Shown here one piece after another: positions 8,071 to 18,272 of a DNA stretch of 32,000 nt. Position 1 is the first letter of the stretch, and the number at the start of each line of letters is the position of its first letter. Origin of the DNA: Mucisphaera calidilacus (GTDB taxonomy: Bacteria > Planctomycetota > Phycisphaerae > Phycisphaerales > Phycisphaeraceae); NCBI RefSeq assembly GCF_007748075.1, contig NZ_CP036280.1, positions 240,001-272,000 of the forward strand. The letters are read 5' to 3'. The position numbers and the translations under genes were made by a program. Under the pieces are notes generated by a model. The model was given only the letters and a program-made list of their open reading frames with translations, searched no databases and had not been told where the DNA came from.

Positions 8071-9360
8071 ATGACGTTTCTCATCGAAACCCTCCGCCTG
8101 GGCCTCACCAACCTCCTGCTGCACAAGCTGCGCTCCCTCCTCACCATGCTCGGCATCATCTTCGGCGTCGCCGCCGTCATCGCCATGGTCGCCATCGGCG
8201 AAGGCTCCAAGCAGAAAGCCCTCGAAGAAATCGCCCAACTCGGCGCCCGCAACATCATCATCCAGAGCCGTAAACCCGAAGAAGACCTCACCGCCACCAA
8301 CGCCACCCAACGCATGGTCGACTACGGCATCAAACGCATCGACCTCAAACGCATCCGGGAATCCGTCGCCGGTCTCGAACACATTGTCCCCCTCAAACGC
8401 GTCGGCAACCGCATCCGGCAACGCATCCACGGCGCACCCGCCGAGGTCTATGGCACCACGCCCGAACTCCTCGACGTCACCGCACTCACCGTCGCACGCG
8501 GACGCTACCTCGAACCCCAGGACCTCGAACAGAACCGACGCGTCGCCGTCCTCGGCTCCGAGATCGCCGAACAACTCTTCCCCCTCGACGACCCGCTCGG
8601 CGGAGTCATCACCATCGACAACGCACCCTTCCGCGTCGTCGGTATCCTCGCGCCCACCGGCGTCCTCGGCGGCAACATCACCTCCGACGTCGGACGCAAC
8701 CTCAACTACGACCTCCACATCCCCCTCACCGCCGCCGAAAACCAGTTCGGCGACATGCTCATCCGACGACGATCCGGATCCTTCGAGGCCACCAAGGTCG
8801 AACTCCAGGAACTCATCCTCGTCGCCGAAAGCGAAAAACAGGTCCTCGCCATCTCCGACCGCGTCCGACGCATCCTCGAACTCGAACACGCCGAGAAAAA
8901 CGACGTCGCCCTCGTCGTCCCCCTCGAACTCCTCGCCCAGGTCGAACGCACCCAGCGACTCTTCAACCTCCTCATGGTCGCCATCGCCTCCATCAGCCTC
9001 CTCGTCGGCGGCATCGGCATCATGAACATCATGCTCGCCACCGTCACCGAACGCACCCGCGAGATCGGCATCCGACGAGCCCTCGGCGCCACCCGGGGCC
9101 ACATCATCGCCCAGTTCCTCGTCGAAACCACCACCCTCTCAGGCCTCGGCGGAGCGCTCGGCGTCGGCGTCGGCCTCTCCCTCGCGGGCATCCTCGCACT
9201 CATCCACGCACAGGTCTCCGGACTCGAAATGCCCATCGTCACCATGTGGTCCATCCTCGTGAGCTTCGGCGTCGCCACCGCCGTCGGCGTCATCTTCGGC
9301 CTCTACCCCGCCGTCCAGGCCGCCCGGCAAGACCCCATCGTCGCCCTCCGACACGACTGA
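8071..9360 (+). CDS. ABC transporter permease, MacB/LolCE (FtsX-like) family
   Basis: 429 aa with an N-terminal TM (LRSLLTMLGIIFGVAAVIAMVAIGEG), a large periplasmic MacB_PCD-like domain, and a C-terminal FtsX 3-TM bundle containing TERTREIGIRRALGA. Confidence 0.9.
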   Translation: MTFLIETLRLGLTNLLLHKLRSLLTMLGIIFGVAAVIAMVAIGEGSKQKALEEIAQLGARNIIIQSRKPEEDLTATNATQRMVDYGIKRIDLKRIRESVAGLEHIVPLKRVGNRIRQRIHGAPAEVYGTTPELLDVTALTVARGRYLEPQDLEQNRRVAVLGSEIAEQLFPLDDPLGGVITIDNAPFRVVGILAPTGVLGGNITSDVGRNLNYDLHIPLTAAENQFGDMLIRRRSGSFEATKVELQELILVAESEKQVLAISDRVRRILELEHAEKNDVALVVPLELLAQVERTQRLFNLLMVAIASISLLVGGIGIMNIMLATVTERTREIGIRRALGATRGHIIAQFLVETTTLSGLGGALGVGVGLSLAGILALIHAQVSGLEMPIVTMWSILVSFGVATAVGVIFGLYPAVQAARQDPIVALRHD

Positions 9361-9433
9361 GCATCCCACCCCGTCTCAACAAACCCATCCGCCAACGCCC
9401 ATAACCCGCCACACGGTCAGCGAATCTCATATC

Positions 9434-9466
9434 AAAAAACCCGCCGCCCCTCTCGGGACGACGGGC
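9434..9466 (-). terminator. rho-independent terminator of the PEP-CTERM gene
   Basis: On the minus strand, an imperfect GC-rich hairpin (9465-9440) is followed by TTTTTT (complement of the A-run 9434-9439), 26 nt after the stop at 9492. Confidence 0.6.
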
Positions 9467-9491
9467 CTGCTTGTAGAACAACACAATCACA

Positions 9492-10793
9492 TCACGCCAC
9501 GCGGCGACGCAGACCAGCCAGCACGCCCAGGCCGATCAACGCGGCACTCGCGGGCTCGGGAACGTCAACCAGCTCGCCGATCGCCTCAATACCATTGATG
9601 TCAATGTACGCGCGGCTGTCATCGGGCAGGCCGACAATACCAAGGTCACTCAAAGCGTAAGCATGATCCCAGAGGTGGCCGCCGTGCCACAGGTACCCGA
9701 CGAACCCGCTGCTGTCCATCACGAACAGCTCCGAACCCGTCGCGTAGTAACCATCCGGATCAGCCGGATCAACAACCTGCTGGATGCTGAAGATGATCGA
9801 GTCCACCGTACTGCTCGTAGGCGGCTCCGCGCCCGGATCAAAGCGGTCGAACACGTCACTGTCACCCACCACGTCACGCACCATCAACGCGTCCAGGTTG
9901 ATCGCCTCCACACCCGGGAAACCCTCCGTGTCCGACGCCGACGCCGTGCTCGGGACCGGACCCAGCAGCGTCTCCACCGCGCCCACGATGTCCGTCCACA
10001 TCAGGTAAGGCACACTCGTGCCCGCGCCAACGTCGTAACTCCACACCGACACGCCGCCCGTCGTCACGTCAACGTCCAGCGAATACTTGTCCGCGTCACC
10101 CGTCGTCGCGGGCTCCGGACCCCAGACCTCAAGGCCGTCAACGTCCTTCGGCGCAGGCATCCCGTTCACCGACGGAGCCGGCGTCCAAAGCGACTGAACC
10201 GCATAGCCCGAGTAGAAACCCGATTCCTCGATCGAGATGTCACCCGAGCCGCCGATCGTGTTCCCGTTCGTCAGCAGCACAGGACCACTCGGCGGAACCG
10301 TGGGCACCGTCGAAGGCGTCTCAAGAATCGGCGGGCCGCCCGTCGCCGTGGGCACATACCGAGCCACCGTGTCCTCGATCGTGAAGATCAGGTGCGGACG
10401 ATCCGAAAACTCGGGCCGCAGACCCGGCGTGTACAACTGGCGATACAACGCATCGGCGTGATTCGCCAAAGCGTCCACCTGCTGCTCACGCGGGTAGTTC
10501 GGCCCGCGACTGCCCGAGTAGTCCAGCCCGTCCATCGCACCACCCAGGCCGTCCCACGCGATCACCTGCTCCGGATCAGGCACGCCGCCCGCGCCCGCCG
10601 TCGACTCGTCCATGTCGTGCGAGTACTCCTTGCCGAACACAAGGTCAGGCGTGATCACACCCGGACCCAACGCCGGATACGCACCGGGCGGCAAAGCGAT
10701 CGGCGAATACGGGATCGTCGCCATCGCCGAACCACTCATCGCACTCAAGGCCAGTCCCGCTCCGATCAAACGCGCTGTCTGCAAACGATTCAT
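9492..10793 (-). CDS. secreted PEP-CTERM sorting-domain protein, function unknown
   Basis: ATG at 10793, 7 nt after GGGAG. Signal peptide MNRLQTARLIGAGLALSAMSGSAMA. C-terminal VPEPASAALIGLGVLAGLRRRVA is PEP motif, hydrophobic helix and basic tail. Confidence 0.85.
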   Translation of the reverse strand: MNRLQTARLIGAGLALSAMSGSAMATIPYSPIALPPGAYPALGPGVITPDLVFGKEYSHDMDESTAGAGGVPDPEQVIAWDGLGGAMDGLDYSGSRGPNYPREQQVDALANHADALYRQLYTPGLRPEFSDRPHLIFTIEDTVARYVPTATGGPPILETPSTVPTVPPSGPVLLTNGNTIGGSGDISIEESGFYSGYAVQSLWTPAPSVNGMPAPKDVDGLEVWGPEPATTGDADKYSLDVDVTTGGVSVWSYDVGAGTSVPYLMWTDIVGAVETLLGPVPSTASASDTEGFPGVEAINLDALMVRDVVGDSDVFDRFDPGAEPPTSSTVDSIIFSIQQVVDPADPDGYYATGSELFVMDSSGFVGYLWHGGHLWDHAYALSDLGIVGLPDDSRAYIDINGIEAIGELVDVPEPASAALIGLGVLAGLRRRVA

Positions 10794-11188
10794 CTCAAGG
10801 CTCCCTTCACAGCAATGAGACCAGTCTCCGTCACGCGAGTCGGCGGTCTCGTCCCGCTCGCGTCCAGCGACACGCCGTCGCTGTCAATGGATTACGCACC
10901 ACGACCGCGCCGCCTGCGGACACGCAGACGACAAAACCTTCAATCCAGTCATGGAACGCAGAAACAGGAAAACCAGAATCGAGATTAACCGCGACCCCCG
11001 AACGCACAAAGAACGATCTGCACGCCGAAGGTATTAATGTCAAAATTGCTATATCAATACCAAAAGACAAAATGATATTACTCATGCCTTTTCAGATACA
11101 CACAGCCCCGTGACAACGCTTTCAATGACACACATAAGCTATCGCCGACAGGCTAGCCAGAAACCCCCTCATCAACGTGAGAATTCAG

Positions 11189-11791
11189 TCAGAACGTCTC
11201 GCGGATGACCACCTCGTCCAGCGGCAACTGCCCGGGCTTTGGCCACGCCGGCTTCGCAGCCTTGCCGATCGGCAGCAGCATCCCGATCACATGATCCTCG
11301 GGCAGCTCGATGATCTCTGCCACACGCGCCGGATCAAAACCGATCATCGGGCACGAGTCATAACCCATCGCCTTCGCCGCCAGCATCAGCGTCATCGCGC
11401 CCAGGCCGCACGAACGCATCGCCTCGTCACGCTGTAGCTCAGCGTTCTCCGCGTAAAACGGCTTGATCATCGGCACCAGCATGTCGCGAGCCGCCTCCGG
11501 CGCGTTCCGCCAGTAACGCTCCGGCTCACGATCCCACGCACGAAGATCGGCACACACCACCACCAGAATCGACGCGTCCGTCACCTGCGCCTGATCCCAC
11601 GCCGCCTCGCGGATCAAAGCACGACGCGCCTTGTCACGCACCACCACGAAACGCCAGTTCTGAATATTGAACGACGTCGGCGACTGCAACGCAGCCTCCA
11701 TCAGCTTCCGCTCGTCATCGTCCGACATGTCCTGCGCCGGGTCATAATGCTTCACCGCACGACGCTGGTAAATCGCTTCAAACGTGTCCAT
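11189..11791 (-). CDS. nitroreductase family protein
   Basis: ATG at 11791, 8 nt after GGAG (the track start at 11794 is a TTG). RRAVKHYD, SFNIQNWRFVVV, CGLGAMTLMLAAKAMGYDSCPMIGFD are typical of the NADH/flavin nitroreductase fold. Confidence 0.9.
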   Translation of the reverse strand: MDTFEAIYQRRAVKHYDPAQDMSDDDERKLMEAALQSPTSFNIQNWRFVVVRDKARRALIREAAWDQAQVTDASILVVVCADLRAWDREPERYWRNAPEAARDMLVPMIKPFYAENAELQRDEAMRSCGLGAMTLMLAAKAMGYDSCPMIGFDPARVAEIIELPEDHVIGMLLPIGKAAKPAWPKPGQLPLDEVVIRETF

Positions 11792-11866
11792 CAATCAAGC
11801 TCCTTGCAATGGGAAGATTCACCTTAGGCCCCCACAACCTCAAAGTGCACCATCAACCGCAAAAAA

Positions 11867-13189
11867 TCACGGCGCCGCGTTCGGATCAGCGGGCATCAGC
11901 GTCAAGGGCACCAACCCGTCCGCGTTCGCGATCAGCACGCGATCAACCCCGCCATCCCGACCGGGCAGCACATAGAACCCCGCGCCGTGGGTGCCTCCCT
12001 TCACCCAGTCCCGATACACCACCTCGCCCGTCTCAAAGTCATACACCGCCAGCAGACGCGTGCTCTCTGCATCCACAAGCGTCGCCTCCAGATCCGGGCT
12101 GTGACGCGCCAGATGGCCCGTCTCCAACGGGAAGTCGTAGTCCAGCAGCACGACCGCGTGCAGACCCCCCGCCGTCAGACGAGCAAAACGCACCGTGAAG
12201 TCCGGAACCTCCTTGCCCGCCGCCGCCAGGTCCGCCGACCACACCGGCTGAACCGCGTTGTTGAACCCCTGCACCTGCATCCGCAGCACGCTCCCATCCA
12301 GATCAAACTCGCCCGTCACCGCCGCCACCGCGATGCCACGATCCGGACTCGTGATCGCGAAATCCATCAACTCCGAATCCTCCGCCAGCTCCAGCCGAAG
12401 CGACCGAGCCTCCGTCTCGCCCTCCGGGTTATCCCCGATCACCACCACCTCGTTGCCCGCACCCACCACCGCCAGCATCCGCCCCGCGTTCGGGTGCTCG
12501 AACCAACTCCCGGGCATCGGAGCGTCCAGCCAAAGATCCTCATGAGCATGCACCGGGTCGCCCGTCAGCATCCGGCCCGCACCCACCGGCTCCAGGATCT
12601 TCACACGCGTCTGCACCGCCGACGTCGCCCGAGCCTCCGCCGCCTCAACCAGGGACTCGCCCGCGATCAACGCGTCCAGCTCACGCGCGTATGCAACCTC
12701 ACTCCCCCGCCCGAACCCCACGTGCACCGACTGCACCACGCCCTCGCGATCAATAAACACCGTCTGCGGAATGCCCGACACCCGGTAGGAACGCCCCACA
12801 CGACCCTCGGCATCCAGCACAAACGTGAACCCCAGACCCTTCTGCTCCACGAAACGCTTCACCGTCGCACGGTCCTCACGCAGGTTCACACCCACGATCG
12901 TTACGCCCTGCGCCTCGTAACGCTCGTGCAGCTTCTGCAACTCAGGCATCGCCACCACGCAAGGCGGACACCATGTCGCCCAGAAGTCCAGCACCACCAC
13001 CCGACCCTTCAGGTCGCTCAGCCGCACCACGTCACCGTCCACCGACTTCAGCGTGAACCCCGGCGCCTTGCGCCCAAGTAGCAGGTGATCCTCCTGCTGC
13101 TGCGCCGCAGCCGGCGACAGCCCCAGCAACAACACCCCAGCGAAAACGACGCAGGTAATCAACACGGTCCGGCAGGTGGTCACGATCAC
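11867..13189 (-). CDS. TlpA/ResA-like thioredoxin-fold protein fused to an uncharacterised beta-rich C-terminal domain
   Basis: The GTG at 13189 is preferred because GGGAG lies 7 nt upstream (the track start is the GTG at 13225). Signal/anchor VLITCVVFAGVLLLGLSPAAA. Redoxin core VVLDFWATWCPPCV...GIPQTVFIDREG, followed by about 270 aa with no recognisable motif. Confidence 0.8.
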   Translation of the reverse strand: MIVTTCRTVLITCVVFAGVLLLGLSPAAAQQQEDHLLLGRKAPGFTLKSVDGDVVRLSDLKGRVVVLDFWATWCPPCVVAMPELQKLHERYEAQGVTIVGVNLREDRATVKRFVEQKGLGFTFVLDAEGRVGRSYRVSGIPQTVFIDREGVVQSVHVGFGRGSEVAYARELDALIAGESLVEAAEARATSAVQTRVKILEPVGAGRMLTGDPVHAHEDLWLDAPMPGSWFEHPNAGRMLAVVGAGNEVVVIGDNPEGETEARSLRLELAEDSELMDFAITSPDRGIAVAAVTGEFDLDGSVLRMQVQGFNNAVQPVWSADLAAAGKEVPDFTVRFARLTAGGLHAVVLLDYDFPLETGHLARHSPDLEATLVDAESTRLLAVYDFETGEVVYRDWVKGGTHGAGFYVLPGRDGGVDRVLIANADGLVPLTLMPADPNAAP

Positions 13190-13275
13190 GGTTGGACTCC
13201 CGGTGCGAGGAACGGAACAAGCCACATCCTACGCACTCCGCCTCGCGACGGGAATCCCCCACACATCCGAATCCA

Positions 13276-14388
13276 TCAACCCGCCAGCATCGCCATCGCG
13301 TCCGACGTCTGCATCCCGTGCGCCTCCGCCACAGGCGCACACGTCAGCTTGCCGCCCGTGCAGTTGATCCCGTTCCACAACTCCACACGACGACCGCACG
13401 CACCCGCAACTCCCAGATCAGCCAGCAACAGCGTCCAGGGACGCGTCGCGTTCGACAACGCCTCCGTGCTCGTCCGGGCATACGCGCCCGGCATGTTCGC
13501 CACGCAGTAATGAACGATCCCCTCCTCCAGGTACACAGGGTCCTGGTGCGTCGTCGGACGCGTCGTCTCGCAGCACCCGCCCTGATCCACCGCGATATCC
13601 ACCACCACGCTCCCGGGCTTCATCCGCTTGAGGTGCTCACGGCGAATCAGCTTCGGCGCCGCCGCGCCCGGCACCAGCACCGCACCGATCACCAGGTCCG
13701 TGTCAGGCAACAAACTGTTGATGTGCTCAGGCGTCGAGTAAAGCGTCCGAACCCCGGGCAACGCAATATCCAGATAACGCAGACGCTCCGTGCTCACGTC
13801 CAGAATCGTCACCTCCGCGCCCAGACCCAACGCGATCTTCGCCGCGTTCAACCCCGCCGTCCCGCCACCGATCACCATCACCTTCCCCGCAGGAACGCCC
13901 GGAACGCCCGGGATCAACACGCCCGAACCCTCGTGGTGCTTCGCCAGCATCGCCGACCCGTAAATCACCGACATCCGGCCCGCCACCTCGCTCATCGGCT
14001 CCAGCATCGGCAGCTTGCCGTTCACCGAAACCGTCTCGTACGCCACCGCCGTGCACCCCGTCCCCACCAGACGCTCCGTCAGCGTCTTGTCCGCCGCCAG
14101 GTGCAGATACGTGAACAACAGGTGCTCCGGCTTCAGCCGCTCGATCTCCACCGGCTGAGGTTCCTTCACCTTGATGATCATCTGCGTGTGATGAAACACC
14201 GCGTCCGCGTCCGGCAGAATCGAAGCCCCCGCCGCCTCGTAATCCTCGTCAAAAAAACCGCAGCCCGCGCCCGCATCACGCTCCACGAACACCTCGTGCC
14301 CGCGACGTATCAGCTCCGCCACCGTCATCGGCACCGTCGAAACACGATTCTCCTGCGGCTTGATCTCTCTGGGAATACCGATACGCAT
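13276..14388 (-). CDS. ald: alanine dehydrogenase
   Basis: ATG at 14388, 8 nt after GGAGG (the track ORF carries a 48-codon upstream extension). MRIGIPREIKPQENRV, KVKEP, NAD-binding VMVIGGGTAGLNAAKIALGLGAEVTILD, VDIAVDQGG. Confidence 0.92.
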   Translation of the reverse strand: MRIGIPREIKPQENRVSTVPMTVAELIRRGHEVFVERDAGAGCGFFDEDYEAAGASILPDADAVFHHTQMIIKVKEPQPVEIERLKPEHLLFTYLHLAADKTLTERLVGTGCTAVAYETVSVNGKLPMLEPMSEVAGRMSVIYGSAMLAKHHEGSGVLIPGVPGVPAGKVMVIGGGTAGLNAAKIALGLGAEVTILDVSTERLRYLDIALPGVRTLYSTPEHINSLLPDTDLVIGAVLVPGAAAPKLIRREHLKRMKPGSVVVDIAVDQGGCCETTRPTTHQDPVYLEEGIVHYCVANMPGAYARTSTEALSNATRPWTLLLADLGVAGACGRRVELWNGINCTGGKLTCAPVAEAHGMQTSDAMAMLAG

Positions 14389-14476
14389 GGCAGGCCTCCT
14401 GAATTCGTGCGAAACTAGACGAAGCGTATCACCGCTGACACGCCTCAGCACCTTTCCACGCCCAGGACCGAACACC

Positions 14477-15481
14477 ATGAACAACAAGCACGACGCCATC
14501 AGCCGACGCGACGTCTTCCGACTCGGACTCACCGCCTCCGCGACCCTCGGGCTCGCCTCGCTCGCTCACGCCCAGGACGCCGAGCCTCAACCTCAAGCCG
14601 ACCCCGCCACGCAGGGCGCAGGCTTCTACCGATTCAACCTCGGCGAACTCGAAATCGCCGTCATCGCCGACGGAACCTTCCAGGCACCCGCCGCCACCTT
14701 CGCCGCCAACCAGACCGAGGAAACAGCCGCCGCCGAGGCACGCAAACACTTCGCAGACCCCGAAGCCATGACCTGCCACGTCAACGGGCTCATCGTCAGG
14801 TCAACCGACACCGTCACCCTCATCGACACCGGTTGCGGCGCCAACTTCGGACCAACCCTCGGCAAAACACCCGACAACCTCACACGCTTCGGCATCCGGC
14901 CCGAAGACGTCAGCACCGTCGTCTTCACGCACCTCCACATCGACCACTGCGGCGGGGTCGTCGGCGAACACGACGCCTCCCTCTACCCCAACGCCGAGTT
15001 TGTCACCACTCAGGCCGAACGCGACTTCTGGACACAGAACCCCGACCTCAGCAAGACAGGCATCCCCGCCAACACCCGCGACTACCTCATCAACATCGCG
15101 CAACAGGCCGCCACCAACACCGCCGACCGAACCCGCATCATCCAGCCCGGCAAGGAGATCGTCCCGGGCATCACCAGCGTCGACCTCCCCGGACACACCC
15201 CGGGACACATAGGCGTCATGCTCGACTCCCGAGGCGAAACGCTCTTCTTCGTCACCGACGCCATCCACAATGCCAAGATTCAGATGGCCAACCCCACCTG
15301 GCACGTCGCCTTCGACACCGACCCCGTCCAGGCCGCCAAGATGCGCCAACGCGCCCTCGACCGCGCCGCCGTCGAAAAACTCATGATCGCCGGGTCACAC
15401 CTCCCCTTCCCCGCCGTCGGACACGTCCGGCCCCTCGGCGGCGGCTACGAGTGGGAACCCGTCGCCTGGGCCTGGAACTAA
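14477..15481 (+). CDS. MBL-fold metallo-hydrolase with twin-arginine (Tat) signal peptide
   Basis: ATG at 14477 gives MNNKHDAISRRDVFRLGLTASATLGLASLAHA, a Tat motif SRRDVF. Metallo-beta-lactamase motif THLHIDHCGG, later GHTPGH. Confidence 0.85.
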   Translation: MNNKHDAISRRDVFRLGLTASATLGLASLAHAQDAEPQPQADPATQGAGFYRFNLGELEIAVIADGTFQAPAATFAANQTEETAAAEARKHFADPEAMTCHVNGLIVRSTDTVTLIDTGCGANFGPTLGKTPDNLTRFGIRPEDVSTVVFTHLHIDHCGGVVGEHDASLYPNAEFVTTQAERDFWTQNPDLSKTGIPANTRDYLINIAQQAATNTADRTRIIQPGKEIVPGITSVDLPGHTPGHIGVMLDSRGETLFFVTDAIHNAKIQMANPTWHVAFDTDPVQAAKMRQRALDRAAVEKLMIAGSHLPFPAVGHVRPLGGGYEWEPVAWAWN

Positions 15482-15505
15482 CCAGCAAGCGGCCGCGCAT
15501 CAAAA

Positions 15506-15529
15506 AAGCCCGGCCGTGAAGCCGGGCTT
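15506..15529 (-). terminator. rho-independent terminator (minus strand, possibly bidirectional)
   Basis: AAGCCCGGC / GCCGGGCTT 9-bp stem with a 6-nt loop. On the minus strand it is followed by a T-rich run (TTTTTG, complement of CAAAAA 15501-15506), 28 nt after the stop at 15557. Confidence 0.6.
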
Positions 15530-15556
15530 CGTCGATCAACCATCAGCGTCCCGTCA

Positions 15557-16183
15557 TCAACGACGAGCGATCGCCAGAAGACCAAGACCCATCAGCGATG
15601 CCAGCGCGGGCTCGGGGACCACACCATCGGTCGAGAGCACCGCACGGAAATCAATGTCCGTGTGGAAAGCCTCGATCGTGTGGCTCGTGCCACGCGTCGA
15701 ACCGTTGGTCCAGTACGCCTCGCCGCCGTCATAAGGCGACGAGTTCCAGTACAGAATCCCCGCCGCCTCCGACAGCACAAAAGCGTAGCTCTCAGCCACG
15801 TCCAGCTCGATCGCATCGAACGCGTACACACCCTCGCCCACGTGCGTGCCCATACCCAGGCTGAACATACCGACCTCAGCAAAGTCGGAATCAAGAGGCA
15901 TCAGGGCCGCAGGATAAACATACGCCGTCTCGGGAAGCGGCTCGGGATTCCGGTCCGCCGCCCACGGGAACACCTTGAAACTGTGCAGGTAAGCCGTCGA
16001 CAGGTCCGCAGGGATCGAACCCGTGCCATGCAGACCCTGATCCTGCAGGGTGAACGTCTGACCGATGTAGTAGCCCCAGCCCGACGGATGAGCCGCGTCG
16101 TGCTTGGCCACCGTGAACACGTCCGCCTGCGCCGACATCGTCGCAGCCAGCATCATCAGAGTCGTCATCGAAATCGTTTTCAT
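15557..16183 (-). CDS. secreted PEP-CTERM sorting-domain protein, function unknown
   Basis: ATG at 16183 after AGGAG. Signal peptide MKTISMTTLMMLAATMSAQA. C-terminal VPEPALASLMGLGLLAIARR. Confidence 0.8.
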   Translation of the reverse strand: MKTISMTTLMMLAATMSAQADVFTVAKHDAAHPSGWGYYIGQTFTLQDQGLHGTGSIPADLSTAYLHSFKVFPWAADRNPEPLPETAYVYPAALMPLDSDFAEVGMFSLGMGTHVGEGVYAFDAIELDVAESYAFVLSEAAGILYWNSSPYDGGEAYWTNGSTRGTSHTIEAFHTDIDFRAVLSTDGVVPEPALASLMGLGLLAIARR

Positions 16184-16256
16184 ACCAAGGCTCCTTCTGT
16201 AGTGTTTTGCTCAAAACAACAAAGTTAAAAAACCCAATAACACGCGCACCGATCGA

Positions 16257-17837
16257 TCAGGCCCCACGGCAACCGCGACGCGAAAGAACACCCGCAAGAC
16301 CAAAACCAAGCAGGGCCGCTGACACCGGCTCGGGCACCGGTGCGCCCGTCACAAAGCGAACCTCACTCAGGCCGACGTACCCCGTGCCGCCCCAGTTGTC
16401 CTCGAACTCGAAGCGGACGTAACGAACCCCCTCGGCACCCTCAAGATCAAAAACCTGCGCCACCAGATCCTCGCCCTGAACATACTGCTCAAGCCGGATC
16501 GTGCCGATCTCGGCGAAGTCCCCCGCCACCGGATTGAGAACATCACTCACGAGAATCCGAAGGTCACGCGCTCCCTGATCCGAGAAATCAAAACTGCTGA
16601 ACGCCTCGCCGAACTGCCAGATCGCGACCTGGTCAAGGTTAAGCACCTGACCCAGATCAAACACGATGAACTGCTCGTCGATCGGCTGACCATAGAAGTT
16701 GGTCCACATGCCGTCCGCGGCCGAGTCGTACGTCCCCGAGGCGTGAACAGAATCGAGCTCCACACGCTCCTGACCGAGATGACCAACAATGCCCGCCCCG
16801 GTCACCAGCTGATCAACACTCCGATCCCCCTTGCGGCTCTCCGCCGAAGAGAAGTCGTAAATCGTCCCCGCGATCAGCGTCCCCGCGGGAACCACGTCAC
16901 GCTGGTTGGCAAAACGACGCTCAAAGTCCACCTCGAGATCAAACGAACTGCCCGGATCCGTCAGCGACTGATCAAGCGTCGGCGAATAACTGGTGTGACG
17001 AATCACGTCGGCATCGAAATCAAACTCCATCAGACGCAGATACCCGTCGCCACCGTTCGACAGGCCCTGGTAATCCACCAGAACCCGGTGAACCGCCAGA
17101 CCCGCCGCGTTGTAACTGACCTCCGCACGCGTGCCGTGATAGTGGCCGTTCAAGGTCATGAAGACCTGAGCGTTCGGCATCACCAGCTCATCCCAGATCG
17201 TCTGAGCGGGATTGCCATACCCGTGCCGAATATACGTCGTGTCTCTGATGTTCCCGTTGTTGTCCATCAACAGGTGCGTCGACAGTATCGCAGGGGTGTC
17301 AGGATGGGCGTCAAGCACCGACTGAGCCCAGGCCAGTTCCGCATCCGGAGCATCAATATCAACCGACAGCATCAGAATATCCTGATCACCCATCGATACC
17401 ACGTGATACTGACTCATCGCGCTGGCCGAGTGACCGCCATACGTAGGCATCGACGCAAAACGACTCGCCCCAAAGTAGTGACGGTAGTTCACCCCGCCAT
17501 CGCCATACAGATCGTGATTGCCCGGCGTCACCGAGTAATTCATCCCCGCCGCATCGAGATAGCCCATCGAGGTATCGGCGTTCACCCACTCGCCGAGGTT
17601 TGCGCCATACTCCACGATATCGCCGAGATGCGTCGTGAAAACGATATTCCGCGATGACGCCTGATCCGCAAGCCATTGCGTCTGAGCATCGAAAGTCTCA
17701 GGGTAGAGCTGGGCGTAGTACTGCGTGTCAGGCAGCACGGCAACGGTATAGCTCGCTCCAAATGCCTCCGCCGAAGGAATCAAAGCGACATAGGCCATGG
17801 TCATGGTATAGACGAGGTGGCGGGTGCTGATCATCAT
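16257..17837 (-). CDS. calcineurin-like metallophosphoesterase with discoidin (F5/8 type C)-like domain and PEP-CTERM anchor
   Basis: ATG at 17837, 9 nt after AGGAG. Phosphoesterase motifs VAVLPDTQYY, HLGDIVEYG, TPGNHD, LNGHYHG. The C-terminal part (IAIWQFGE..., VRYVRFEF..NWGG.GYVGLSEVRF) resembles a discoidin carbohydrate-binding domain. It ends VPEPVSAALLGFGLAGVLSRRGCRGA. Confidence 0.85.
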   Translation of the reverse strand: MMISTRHLVYTMTMAYVALIPSAEAFGASYTVAVLPDTQYYAQLYPETFDAQTQWLADQASSRNIVFTTHLGDIVEYGANLGEWVNADTSMGYLDAAGMNYSVTPGNHDLYGDGGVNYRHYFGASRFASMPTYGGHSASAMSQYHVVSMGDQDILMLSVDIDAPDAELAWAQSVLDAHPDTPAILSTHLLMDNNGNIRDTTYIRHGYGNPAQTIWDELVMPNAQVFMTLNGHYHGTRAEVSYNAAGLAVHRVLVDYQGLSNGGDGYLRLMEFDFDADVIRHTSYSPTLDQSLTDPGSSFDLEVDFERRFANQRDVVPAGTLIAGTIYDFSSAESRKGDRSVDQLVTGAGIVGHLGQERVELDSVHASGTYDSAADGMWTNFYGQPIDEQFIVFDLGQVLNLDQVAIWQFGEAFSSFDFSDQGARDLRILVSDVLNPVAGDFAEIGTIRLEQYVQGEDLVAQVFDLEGAEGVRYVRFEFEDNWGGTGYVGLSEVRFVTGAPVPEPVSAALLGFGLAGVLSRRGCRGA

Positions 17838-18272
17838 CAGTATGAACTCCTAGAGTGTCAGGGAAAGTACCTACGTAGAAGTCAGCACAGACCATCGCCT
17901 GTGACAGAGATAGCCCACGCCACGCAAGGCGTAGACAACCACCACCTGCCACACTCAGGCAGACCATGCCGATGTGCCTGCAACACAACACAAACTCCAG
18001 CCTCTCGACCCGAGCCGCAGGGATGAAAGCCGGTAACGTCGATACCATTTCAGCACGACAACAAACCGACTCTGGTAGAGACATATAAAAGCCGGATATG
18101 AAGATCACGTGGGTATAGCGTGAATAAACTGCAAAAAAGACCAATAGGCATATATATCCCCGAAGCCGGTATCAAATGAACAGCCAAACACGAAGCGTGC
18201 GCAGCACCAACACAGAAACAGCGCACATCACCGCATCGCCCCCGGATCACCCTCAGATCGCTCGCAACACCC

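Noticed and set aside
9663-10988. Long plus-strand ORF (441 aa). Similar Arg/His/Pro/Thr-rich ORFs occur at 11987-13081, 13192-14418, 16743-17657, 18378-19295, 19538-21760 and 21809-23350.
   Set aside because: They lie antisense to well-supported minus-strand genes and have low-complexity R/H/P/T-rich translations with no domain-like sequence. They exist only because stop codons are rare in this GC-rich, strand-biased DNA.
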